A program made the position numbers and the translations under genes. A stretch of DNA of 63,950 nucleotides, the filler included, from Dirinaria sp. TL-2023a (taxonomy: Eukaryota): assembly GCA_051941275.1 (NCBI GenBank). It is 4 parts of 4 records of this genome, joined end to end, with 100 filler letters (N's around TTAATTAATTAA, not from the genome) between each part and the next. Parts side by side here need not be neighbours in the genome. Positions count along the whole stretch, not along the records: positions 48,907 to 63,950 come from JAVEBF010000564.1; 3 more parts are not named here. One strand, written 5' to 3'. Within the stretch, counting starts at the first letter, position 1, and each line of letters begins with the position of its first letter. This document shows, piece by piece, positions 49,757-60,708 of this stretch. The notes beneath the pieces are model-generated. The model did no database searches, was not told the DNA's origin, and worked only from the letters and a program-made list of their open reading frames with translations.

Positions 49757-50603
49757 TTATGGACCGTAGAAAGGTCCATAGTGTCCCTCTTCAAGCTTGT
49801 CGAGGTGGGCCGCAGTTGAGTATGTAGGGTTAGAAGGATCTAGGTAGATGGTCACAATCATTCCTCGTTCTGGTGTACCTTCAAGAAAGTCAGAATTGTG
49901 CCACCTTCATGTTGAAAGACTCACGGCCAGTGGGCAGCTGATGAGATCTCCAGATTTGAAGACCGATACAGCTAGTCAGAACGTTGGGGAGCTTATTCCG
50001 GGGCGCCGAAAAGGCAGCCAATGCTAGAAGGATAGCTAGATTTCCTATCAGACCAGCTGACCTGGTGTCTGACGGGATTGGATCGTCGTGAGGCCCTGTA
50101 CGCCGATAGTTGTACTCCGAAGGGAGCAATTGCGGCATCCAGTGCGGAGATCCCGGAGCTGCCAGTTTCTTCTCATCCCCAAAAATTTTCACCTTGGAAT
50201 AAGTGCTGCCGGGCGTCCGGCGGACGTGTTCGAAACTAAGTGTATTCCAGCCTGCAGATGCATGTCGCACGTTCTGCAGCCTCACATTGTACTCCACTGC
50301 TAAGAGATGGTCTGTATCATCCTGTTGGCTGAAGATTGTTGCCTCTCGATATTGCTGCGATGGACCTGGCAGGCCTTGGACACTGACCACATTCCCGCCG
50401 GACCACCAAAACCAATGTGTGGTCGTACTGGTGTAGGCGTTCTGGATATCTGGAGGTGCCCAGTATCCTTGGGGATTGTGTGGCGCTCGATTCGGCTGTA
50501 CGGCATAGTTGGGTTGTAGGCCTTCGATCTTGAAGTAAAAAGTCAAGAATTGTGTTGGCAGAGGATTTACTGGTGAGGCAGGCACTCCTTGCCCTCCGGA
50601 CAT
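49757..50603 (-). CDS. Conserved hypothetical protein; 2 exons
   Basis: A 237-codon ORF from ATG 50603. Intron 49879-49924 (GTGAGT..CTGAC..AAG) continues RTPERGMIVTIYLDPSNP...GPFYGP*. Confidence 0.7.
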
Positions 50604-53334
50604 AGCTCCAGAAAAGACCGATGCTCACGTCGTACAAAGAATATCAGCCCGTGGCAAGCGATTCGTTCGGAGCCAGACAAAGGGGCTGCCGGCGGACTGT
50701 GTGCTCCACACCAGATGACTGAACGGCATCTTAAGCTCCTCATTGGAGCAGAGCCGCATTTTCCAGATCCTGAACGTTGTCGACGATGAGGGGTTGTAGT
50801 TCCACGGCTTGTTGGACGAGTGGGAGTGCAGCCGACGAAGACAACAGTGGCCAACCAGCTGTGCAGATGGACGAAGGTTCGCGCTGTGGCGTGGGAATCC
50901 GTATACGGGCAGCGGTCCTAATGCACTTGGAGGTCAGCTGGTCGCATTAAGACCCTATAGATAAGACTGCCATGCACACCGTCGCTATGGGATCTTGCTG
51001 ATTGGATCTTTCAGTCGTCCTTCGCCGTCCTGCAGCATGGACATCCCAGTCGACTGGACCTCTACGTTGCAATTGCTGACCCCACTCAATAGTGCTAAGT
51101 TAGTCTAGCAAACGGTTGGTGCTTAGTACACGGGACTGTGTATGGCCGATCTTCCCACGTTCTAAGCCTAGTAGGTCGCAGCTGTCCGCCGGATGGGGTA
51201 TAGATGTGAGCGTGCAGTGATGCTATGGAGCGTGGCATTGCCGCCGTAAGAGGGTTGAAGCTTTTCGAAAAGAAGAGCAGTGAATGAGACGATATGACCA
51301 AAGTTGTAAGTTGACATAGGTAGGCCAAGGACCTCGGTGCGGCAGCAACGTAAGTAGGGACACGGTGTGTTGTAAAGGCAGTAAAAGTAGTACCCTTTGA
51401 CCGCAGCCCTTGGTCGACATCTTCAACTAATTGAGGCAAAGTCTTTGTAACGCTGTCTGGCTCGGCTGAAGCACTTATAGTATTCAGTCAACCAAAATGG
51501 CCACTGTTATTATCGAGTTTTAGGAAGAGGGGACGCTCCATTAAGTATCCATTCCTGCATTACACATTCGTATCAATGGGCCCCAAAGATCTCGTAGATA
51601 TGCTGGGCTGTTTGCCTAGAGTTGCCTAATTTGCAGAGCCTCCTGTAAGCCAAAGCAAACGAGGTTAATGAACCCTTTGTTCTTGCTCGAAGTACAGGAC
51701 TAGATACGGCACCACCGCAGCAGGGCGTCCAACCCAAATGGATAACTGCATCATGACTGGTCCGGACCTATGAACACCGAGTATGATAGGTCAGACCTCG
51801 TCATACATGCAGCTATGAGCAGTCCCGTGCGGTCATCGCTCCTCAACTGCGAAATTTGCGAACCGAGCACCTCTTCTATCTCGCATATTGCCTCAATTGC
51901 TGCTTGCAACCCGCCTATCATTGTGCCAGCATGGCTTCTTGAGTCTCGTGATTCATGAGCGCACCGGATCATTAGACGAGATGCTGCCATGTTACATGGT
52001 CGGGGAGCGGATACCACGTTGAGTCTCCTGATACGCCCGTCATGCGTGAAGGATTTCATTCTTAACGTACTTGCAGGAGCCGATTCGCTGTTCTGTAACC
52101 GAAGCAACCATCCCACAAGACCTTCTCCAAAACAAGCTGTTGGATTCGGACAGTTAGTAAAGCCTCTTCAGAAGTGCGTCGGATATCTATGGGCTCGGTT
52201 GAAGACCCTCCAATGAACGGAGCATCTATTGAGAGATTCAGATATCATTCCAGGCCAATGCGTGTCCAACTTGTGCCGCTGGCAGAAACCTTGATCCCAG
52301 AGTGGTTTGGTTACAAGCTACATCTATGTAAGCTCTGCGGAATCAGAGCCACGAGACGTAAAGCTATCGGACAACTGAGATCGAGGGGAATTTAGCACTA
52401 CTTGAGCTCGAAAATGTAGGGGCTTCTTGCGGCCTAAGGGTTGAAAAATCAATTTGGTTCGAAGGCCAAGACCAAACCTCGCCGCATTCTTATACACGAA
52501 TGGTCTATGAGCATGCCCGGGTGATACAAGGAAGATTGATAGGAAACGCAAGTTACAGGTAGTCCCCACGCGGCTAAGGTCCCAACATTGACTGTGCCAG
52601 AGTGAGTATATTGAGAGCTAGCATCACCAGCGAAGTCTCTTTGCAGCTTATTCTTCGCTCCTTCGTTGGCTCGAGAACTTCCGAGGATGGCATAGCGTTG
52701 CATTGAAGCCAGAATCTCGGTTTCGACTGCTAGGCATTAATTGCTACCAATCAGGACACCGGACGAATGTCTTTGCTAGTCTATCGATCGCTCTGAAATC
52801 GATAGCGTCAGAGGGAGAATGTCCAGCGCAGCGCTCAGTCCCAAGCTTTAGACCAGTGATCTAGCCTAGCTGACCTGTGGGAGTCAGTGGAGGTTCGGAT
52901 TGAAGGGATGCTGTCGTCGAGTTTGGCTTCGACTAAGGCCCGTGAGGCGCAGCCCACGCGGATCAATGCACGCAACAGCCGCCAAGCAATCGTACAGATC
53001 CTACGGCCTGAAGCTGATGATTGGTGAAGGGCAAAAAGAAGGTGTTGGCTATTATACAGAAGCGTAGACCGAGTAAAGAAATAGGAATGAACGGGCTGTG
53101 CCTTTCTTTCCCTGGTATCTTCCATGAGAGATAGGGGTGTATTTTTGCGCTAGTGGCAATAAATTACGGAAACATTCAGTATTGAATGAACTACAAGGTA
53201 AAGTAAGATCTTATGTTAGGATGATTTTTTCCCACGCTAGAGACGCGTACTTCACTAAGGTATTACATCTATGATGATTGCGTCCTGATAAATAGTACTT
53301 CCAAGTACATTATCCGTGATACCGTTGTGAAACA

Positions 53335-54642
53335 ATGGCTACATCGTACCAAAAGCCGGTGCATTCCATCGTCCTAGATGCAGGACCGATTTTGAAAAAC
53401 GATCCGCCAATATCTACCCTCCTAGCGAAGTCGGAGCAGCTGTTTTCAATTCCGTCAGTAGTGTCTGAAATAAGGGATCTCAATGCTCGCTCGCGGATTG
53501 AGACAACTTTGATCCCTTTTCTTACCATCAGAGACCCCAGCATAAACAGCATCAAATTAGTCACAGAGTTCGCTCGGAAGACTGGTGACTTAGCTGTTCT
53601 CAGCAACACAGATGTAGCAGTTTTAGCTTTGGCATACGAACTCGAATGTGACAGGAATGGCGGAGACTGGAGGCTTAGAAGATCGCCTGGACAGCAGGGC
53701 ATTAATGGTCCGGTACCGCAGAAAATCGAGTCTCAGGTTACCAAGGAGTCCACGGAGGGCAAACAGTTGACATTAGCCGAACATACCCAGCAAGAGCCCG
53801 ACTGCCACAATGACGTAGCATTTGTAGGAAACAGCATTGATGACTCGATATCACGTGACCTACAGAAGTGCAAGATTGCGGAAGAGGGATCCTCTACTGC
53901 AGTACAAACCACCATTATATACAAGGTTCACCAAGAGTCAAATGACGAGTCTACGATAACTACCGGGCAAAGTGTAGAACATACCTCGGAAACAGACAAT
54001 TCGGACTCGGACGGTTGGATCACCCCTTCCAACCTAAAAAAACACCAGTCGAGAGATACAAATGGCAAGTCACTAGCACTGTCAGAGAATAAGATTTTGC
54101 AAGTTGCTACAATAACATCCGATTTTGCCATGCAAAATGTACTCCTTCAAATGGGCCTCAACCTGCTATCAACGTCCATACAGCAGGTCCGCCACATCAA
54201 AACGTACATCTTGCGATGCCATGCTTGCTTTCAAAAGACGAAGGACATGAGTAAGCAGTTCTGCCCTCGCTGTGGTAAACCGACCTTGACCCGAGTGTCC
54301 TGTTCCACAAATTCAAAGGGCGAATTCCAGATGCATTTGAAGAAAAACATGCAATGGAGCCACAGGGGTGATCGCTACAGCATACCCAAGCCAGTATCAG
54401 GCACAGCTAGTGGTAAAGTAGGCAAGGGTAAGAAAGGAGGCAAAGGTGGATGGGGTCAAGAGCTAATCCTTGCCGAAGACCAGAAGGAGTATGTGCGTGC
54501 AATACAAGAAGAGGGCCGGAGCAAGGAAAAGAACTTGATGGACGAAGACTATCTGCCCAGCATCCTGACCGGAGAGCGCTCAAGAGCAGGCGGCCGGCCA
54601 AAAGTCGGTGCTGGCCGAAATGTAAATTCCAAGAAGCGATAG
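53335..54642 (+). CDS. NOB1: 20S pre-rRNA D-site endonuclease Nob1 (PIN domain plus Zn ribbon)
   Basis: IVLDAGP, ARKTGDLAVLSNTDVAVLALAYELE, GWITPSN, TSDFAMQNVLLQMGL, LRCHACF..FCPRCG. Intronless. Confidence 0.97.
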   Translation: MATSYQKPVHSIVLDAGPILKNDPPISTLLAKSEQLFSIPSVVSEIRDLNARSRIETTLIPFLTIRDPSINSIKLVTEFARKTGDLAVLSNTDVAVLALAYELECDRNGGDWRLRRSPGQQGINGPVPQKIESQVTKESTEGKQLTLAEHTQQEPDCHNDVAFVGNSIDDSISRDLQKCKIAEEGSSTAVQTTIIYKVHQESNDESTITTGQSVEHTSETDNSDSDGWITPSNLKKHQSRDTNGKSLALSENKILQVATITSDFAMQNVLLQMGLNLLSTSIQQVRHIKTYILRCHACFQKTKDMSKQFCPRCGKPTLTRVSCSTNSKGEFQMHLKKNMQWSHRGDRYSIPKPVSGTASGKVGKGKKGGKGGWGQELILAEDQKEYVRAIQEEGRSKEKNLMDEDYLPSILTGERSRAGGRPKVGAGRNVNSKKR

Positions 54643-54934
54643 CATGAACTCAGTCGTCCTTTGCCCCTTCCAAGGTATGCGGGTACAGCAATTGCTTTCG
54701 AGACAAATGTGTGTTTAGCTAGTGAAGAATCCTACTCCTGTGCGGGTCGCTAAAGGTCGTGATATAACCCTGATTCTGTGTTGCGATCTTCCGTATAGCT
54801 CTTACGACCGTCCGGCACCGCCTGCAACGTTCCTCTCCAGCACCATGGACCGTTGAAAGAGCTCGTATTCCCAAGCGCCTCGCAAATCAATTCAAATTTC
54901 CTCCAATGCACTCGCTAGATCCCAAACCCAATTC

Positions 54935-55276
54935 TTACAAGCCAAGCACCTTCTCATTCCCTATAATCCGTCAGCATCCCAACTCCTCAGCATCTCGGAC
55001 TCGACGGACTTTGTTGGGTCAAAAGCAAGCCGTATCGCTTCTTCAACGTGACACGATGCCTGTGATTAGATGCTCAGTCAGCCTCAGAGATCATTACTAG
55101 GTAGACAGTCTGATCCGGGAACCCTTGGGGCACACCCTCTCTGGCACATACCTCGAATATTTATCATCAGGGGAGAACCGTGCCGGATGCGCCGACTTCG
55201 TGACCTCGCCGGCCTGGATTTTCTTTAGGGTGTAGATGCGTTTGCCATTGGCATCGAGGGTGTACATGAGATGCAT
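54935..55276 (-). CDS. NOP10: H/ACA snoRNP subunit Nop10; 3 exons (absent from the ORF track)
   Basis: [42 protein letters not shown] / [16 protein letters not shown] / RNEKVLGL*. Introns 55060-55151 (GTATGT..CAG) and 54961-55009 (GTCCGT..GCTGAC..TAG). Confidence 0.95.
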
Positions 55277-56265
55277 CTTGAGGTAAGGGAGCTGTGAGGG
55301 TTACGCTTGTACAACAAGTATGTACTTGATCGCATCAGCTCGAATGCCTGGAGAATGTTTGATTGAACGCCCAAGATCGGGGTAGTCACGTTTGATGTGG
55401 TCAGGGTTAGGGTTGGAAGAATTTGTCCAGTCCGCACTTTTTATGTACTTTACGCCCCCCCCGAACTTTGTTAAGACATAGCTCTTTGGACTACGGAGTC
55501 TATCTGTCTTTGATACCGCATTTTTGACATGGTCAGCGCAATATCATAGGATCTCCGTCATTTCGAAGCTTTTAAGATGCACGGGCTGGAAGTACGAGCA
55601 CCAATCTATATACCAAGCCTAAACAGAAGACATCGAGTGGTATCGGGACAAACTATCATACTTTGAAGCGCCACAGATATATATACCGGATGGAAACACG
55701 TGTGTTCAGGTATTCAAGATATCCGGAAATCTTATGTGCCCGTCTTTACCGACTGGTGTTTCTGCAACATCCCCTGGCCCACAATGAATATAGGTATGTC
55801 AGGTCGCTTACATGCAGTCAGATTGACTAGGGATGTTGTTTTCGTCGAGCCTGGCGAACTCAGAACCCTCTGTGGCGATAACAACGAGAATCAACACGAG
55901 TCATAAAAGTGTCGTGTTCTATATCTATATACCCAAGATCGAGAGTCTGCTCTACCTGTTCTGTGCCTTGTAAAGCGTAGAGCGCAGATCAACAGGACTC
56001 TCTTCTCTCCAGGCTATAATATGCTCTTTATTCCGAGAGCATACTTTTTCTGATTGTTGCTCTAATCTTAGTTTCATTAGCATGTGCAGGGTTCGTACTA
56101 AGTCGATACGACAAGACATGCTTTGCTTAATATTCAGTTATCTATGTGTGACTAAAGCAACGCAGCAGTACGATTACAATGTAGGTCTTTCCTGCATGAA
56201 TGTCCTCTCATCATTTGCTCTATATTATGTCAAGCGCCAACAGTAATACGTAACTATAAGACACG

Positions 56266-58520
56266 CTAACTGATAAATTTACGGAGATTTAAAATAGTTG
56301 GACGACGCGCTATATGCAAAATCCTAGCTGACTGAGCTTCACTTCCAGTGTATAATTCTCTTCGCATCCGGCGGCGGCTTGCAAATGACGAATCATCATG
56401 GGCTCTAATGCAGTATCTCAAGTCGCTTGTGGGGTCAGACTTCATCTGGCTGATGTCGTTTTTCAATCAATTGAATCGGTTCCATTGTATGTAATATCTC
56501 AGTCGTCCGAACGAAGCTCTTTTATAGCTTCCAAGTAGTGGAGTGTGCTCCCGGGCCACAATGTGGGCATTTTACCGTGACTAGAGTTATTCTTGAAAAT
56601 TGATCGGCAGGCTTCTGACCAGACTGTCTTAGGCATATAGCTGCGAACATGCTGTGTGAAATCTTCGACGGCAGCAGTCTTCGGGCAGAAAGAGTGTGTG
56701 TTCTCAGTCTGATAACGGTCGGTAAGCAGGAGGAAATAGTCAGCTTGAGCTTCTAGGGTGGTACAACGCCGCCCATTAATGTGATCTCGTTTCCCTTGGA
56801 ATCTGATGTTTATCAATTGCGATGATTGTAGGGCCATTGCTGACTGTGGAGTTGAGCCCCCAAGAACGTTAGCATTCGGGAACCCAGGTATGCCCATACC
56901 AAGGTATGATCTGGGCTGTCCTGCCCATGCGTGCTGTAAATTTACTTCGTTCGAGCGAATTAACCGGGAATCGAGGTATGAAGGATCTCTCATAGCCGGT
57001 GGCACAAATTATCGCATCGAAAAAGTGCTCTGTGTCATCTTCGGACCTGCGTCCACGTTTTGTGAAAGGGGAAACACAGGGCAGAGCTAACCGCTTTCGA
57101 GCTTCACAAGGTGTTCTGTCGGGTTGTAAACGTCCTTCGGGTAGTTTTTCGAAGTACAACCGTAGTCCTAGTGCTGCTAGCGTCGGTTAAAGTCATAGAG
57201 ATGGGAGGGTACCTTACATATACTTTGCCTGTGATGATTTTCGCGAGAAAAGAAGAGACAAATGAACTAACCGCTTTCAGGCTTCACAGAGTGTTCTGTC
57301 GAATTGTAATCTTCCTTCGAGTAGATTTTCGAGGTAAAGGCCTAGTCCTAGTGCTGCTAGCGCCTGTTAAAGTCATAAAGATGGAGGGTAAGATAAGGTA
57401 GCTCACAAATACGTGGCTCCCTTACCGAGAGAAAACAGGAACGAGCTAACCACTCTCGAGCTTCACAGAGTATTATGTCGGGTTGTAAACGTCCTCTGGG
57501 TAGTTTTTCGAGGGAAAAACCTAGTCCTAGTGCCATTAGCGCTGATTAAATTCATGAAAGTGGGAGGGTAACCTCAGGAGATCAGAAAAGAGAGAAATGA
57601 GCTAACCGCTTCCGAGCTTCACAGAGTATTTTGTCGGGTTGTAAACATGTCTCAGGTAGGTTTTCGAGGGCAAAACGTAGTCCTAGTGCTGTTAGCGCCT
57701 GTTGGAGTCATAATGAGGGATGGTAAAGTAAGGGAGCTTACCTTTCAGATAGGTGGCTCTCTTATCAAGAGAAAGGGGGAAGTAAGCTAACCGCTTCCGA
57801 GCTTCACAAGGTGTTCTGTCGGATTGTAAACGTCCTTCGGGTAGTTTTCCGAGGTGAAAATGCAGTCACAATGCTGTTAGCGCCTTTTAAAGTCATGAAA
57901 ATGGGAGGGTACCTTACCTTACATGCAGTGATGTCCAGATAGAACGCGTAACATCTTCATGAGCGATCTGGACATTGTCTTCAGCCAAGCTCTATCAGAG
58001 AAGGTAAGTGCTAACACTAGCCCTACGAGGTTGGTGCTGGACTACACATGTAGATATCCTGTGTCAGGTGTCACTCTTAGACAGCCTACCCCAGTAGTCC
58101 GAATAAACTGCTCCCCTAAAGGAACCCCAGGCAATTTTTTCTTCATATCGTCTGTCAATTCCATCTTGACTTGTTGCTGTAGTATCGAGTCCCGGAGATA
58201 TACGTCTAAGCCCAGACATACTAAATAGCTATTAAAGAATGCTTCCTTCATTCGAAGCTTCGTGAGCGTCCTCGAATTCTTAGAGTATTTCGCAATCTCT
58301 TTTTAGTGTAAAAAGACTGATCTCCACCAACGGACGGTAGAAGCCACATTGATGATCGGATGAAAATGGTTAAACTTTCAGCGAAAGACTGAATCTGAGA
58401 CAGAATATGGACAGTTGAAGACCTGTATCGGCTATAAGAAGGGGCCATTGAAAGACTTCGCCTGCAAGGAGTCATACCCGTTCCCAATCAGCTACAATTA
58501 CAGATTCACGGTCTTAGAGG
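56266..58520 (-). pseudogene. Flavin-binding (Baeyer-Villiger/FMO-type) monooxygenase pseudogene interrupted by repeat array B
   Basis: Collinear BVMO motifs: LIGNG/SS..IL..IQ..FIRS..W, GVGCLRVTP..GYL, SLAEDNVQIAHEDVTR [insert] FTKRG..DAIICATGY..FIPRFP, W..QPRSYLG..PGFPN, CRS.FKN...LWPGSTLHYLEAI and YNGNRF. Several frameshifts and stops; the N-terminal part is missing. Confidence 0.85.
57068..57942. mobile_element. ~875-bp insertion consisting of tandem array B (5 units of the ~125-nt core; periods 180, 179, 156, 185 bp)
   Basis: Cores start at 57084, 57264, 57443, 57599 and 57784. Removing the block restores monooxygenase codons ...GTT ACG CGT TTC ACA... (VTRFT) on the minus strand. Homologous to array A. 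Confidence 0.8.
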
Positions 58521-60708
58521 CCAGAACCGGAGAGCCACGGACTGTCAAAGTGAATTTCGAAATAATCTCTGAAGTCTTTAGGCTAAGCATAAGGCTGAAA
58601 CATCGGCATCAATCCAAACGACGTGGATCGGGCGCTCATTATGGATTGCTTGACAATGCTCTGAATCCAAATCGACAATCTATCCACGTCTAGCTCAATA
58701 TTTGCAGGATCATAGAACACAGACAATCATAGCATCTCACATTCCAGAGACCCAAAGCGGACCCAGCGTATCGTGGCCAAAAGAGGCTTCTCGAAGTACT
58801 AGTCTGAAAGTATCAAAAGTAAAGGAAGAGAAAAGAGACAAAGAAAAAGGCCAGAAGCTAGGCAAAGGGCGCTTACCTGCAGATGTCAATCTTCACCTCA
58901 TTCTGCGTACCAGAGGATGAGTCCATGGCTGTCATGGCTGTTGGCATGTCAGAGTAGGCAGGAGCTGAGTGCTACAAACGAGGCCAGCATCCACACTACC
59001 TACCTTATATATTTTAAACTTTCTCTGGCGATGCATATATGTAATCTTACCTTACCTTTAACCTTAGATACAGTTGCCTCAAGCGCTACTCCTATTCACC
59101 CCCTTTCTTGTTTCGTCTATTTATTATACTTTCTTCTTAGAGTTAGACTTACAGAGAATAATTTCATGTTCATTCAATAATCTGCTGCTTCTGAGTGTCT
59201 CAGATGCATCAAGTTATGAATGATCATCGACCTGAGAACGATTATGACCATCGAAATTGTTACTCGAAGCAGTCTATGAGATGATTCATACGAAGAACAA
59301 CGTCATAAGTTCTGAGTCAAGACTAGTCGTTCAGGTGACTAGAAATCTAATAGATGGAATTTGCAGAGTCTAGAACAAGGTTCTGTGGACAGTAAGTTGA
59401 AGCATTTGAGTGATATAGGTCGTGATATTAGATGATCCCTCGAACTACTTTTCAGGTAATCCCATCTGTGGCATTGACCGCGTTAGTCAGGGTTTATGAC
59501 ATCGAAACCCGTATTATTTATGGCATAGAATACCAGAATAATTACTACTATAGTCCAAATCGATATTAGATCGATTATTTCGTAAATTGAAGTACTTAGG
59601 AACAGCAGATTATTTGATGATGATGAAAGGTAGTTTGGTGGACTGAGAACAGTTTTATAACCCTAACCCTAACAAGAAAGTAAGCGTCCTTGGATTGAAT
59701 GAAACGTTGCTTTCTTACCCACTAGCACTAGTAACTCCTAAGCACCTCTATGGTGGTATTTGAGCTCTGGCTTACGTAGTGTTGCGACTCAGTTCAATCA
59801 GGTCGGCGAATCCCCTTCAAATCCGGTTCCTCCGTAGTTAGGGGGTGATCAAACATCATCTTCCGCGTACCATTGCGGGGTGTGGATGCAAAACAGTATT
59901 AGCGCCGGAAATGCCACTATAAACCACATCGGCTCACTATTTACTTTATCTTTTGCTGCCTCAAGTGAGTACTCCATGATCTGCATTGCGGCATACGTAC
60001 GAATGTCACTCACGTCAATACCACAGCTTCCTTTTCTCTATGCGAGACCATTCATCGAGGGAGACGCTAAGCGACAAGTCCGATGTACATGGACACAAGG
60101 AGAATGGGGTGGTTGTCGAAACACTCATCCCTGCGCTCAGATTGTGGCCGCTTTATCCGGGGTTTTTCCACATCAGATATTCGCTCTCTCCGATATGAGC
60201 GTTGGTCTCCGGCCGCGCTAACAGAGGGTTCTATAAGTATAAGGTAGGTGGGGAGCTGAAAGCATCAAAGCCGAAAAGAGGCATCCAAGCTAAAAATCAG
60301 GCAGGTGAATGAGGGAAAGTCAAGCTGACAAGCGTCGCAGGACAACCAAGGTCATATGCAATGCTCCACTAAAACAAGGATCCCACACTGGGAGCATCAT
60401 GTTGGAGTGCATTCGTCTCTGATTGATATGTTAGGACCTGGAACCCGTTTATATTCTGTAAGGTAAGCAAAGGATTATCCGTTTATGTCCTATCAATGCA
60501 CAGCTCGACATGAATCCCTCACAACATCAACGATCTACGGTGGCTTTTGTATCGTAGATCATGTGCCTTTAGATTGTATTGCCTTTACCTTGCATTGGAT
60601 GCTGTTTCTTCGACATGGCGCGCTAATTGTTTGACAAAGCATTCTTTTACCCTTATAACGCTTTCGTTTCCCATAGCAGGGGAGGCTTATCTTCTGTCAT
60701 ATTCACGC

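Noticed and set aside
57118..57131. TCGGGTTGTAAAC resembles a bacterial 16S rRNA segment, and TTGTAAA resembles a tRNA-Tyr anticodon loop
   Set aside because: The similarity is limited to ~13 nt. There is no flanking rRNA homology, acceptor stem or GTTCRA T-loop.
56869..57401. ORFs crossing array B (56869-57159, 56999-57190, 57111-57401) and array A (23306-23557)
   Set aside because: Frames are not conserved between units (stops in unit B2 in all three minus frames). Only the part matching the monooxygenase is coding-derived.
57068..57942. CRISPR array
   Set aside because: The repeats are ~125 nt and diverged, the linkers are related to each other rather than unique, the context is eukaryotic, and no cas genes are present.
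59658..59673. Telomere-like TAACCCTAACCCTAAC (also AGGGTTAGGGTT near 55403)
   Set aside because: Only 2-3 units, internal to contigs; expected by chance or slippage.
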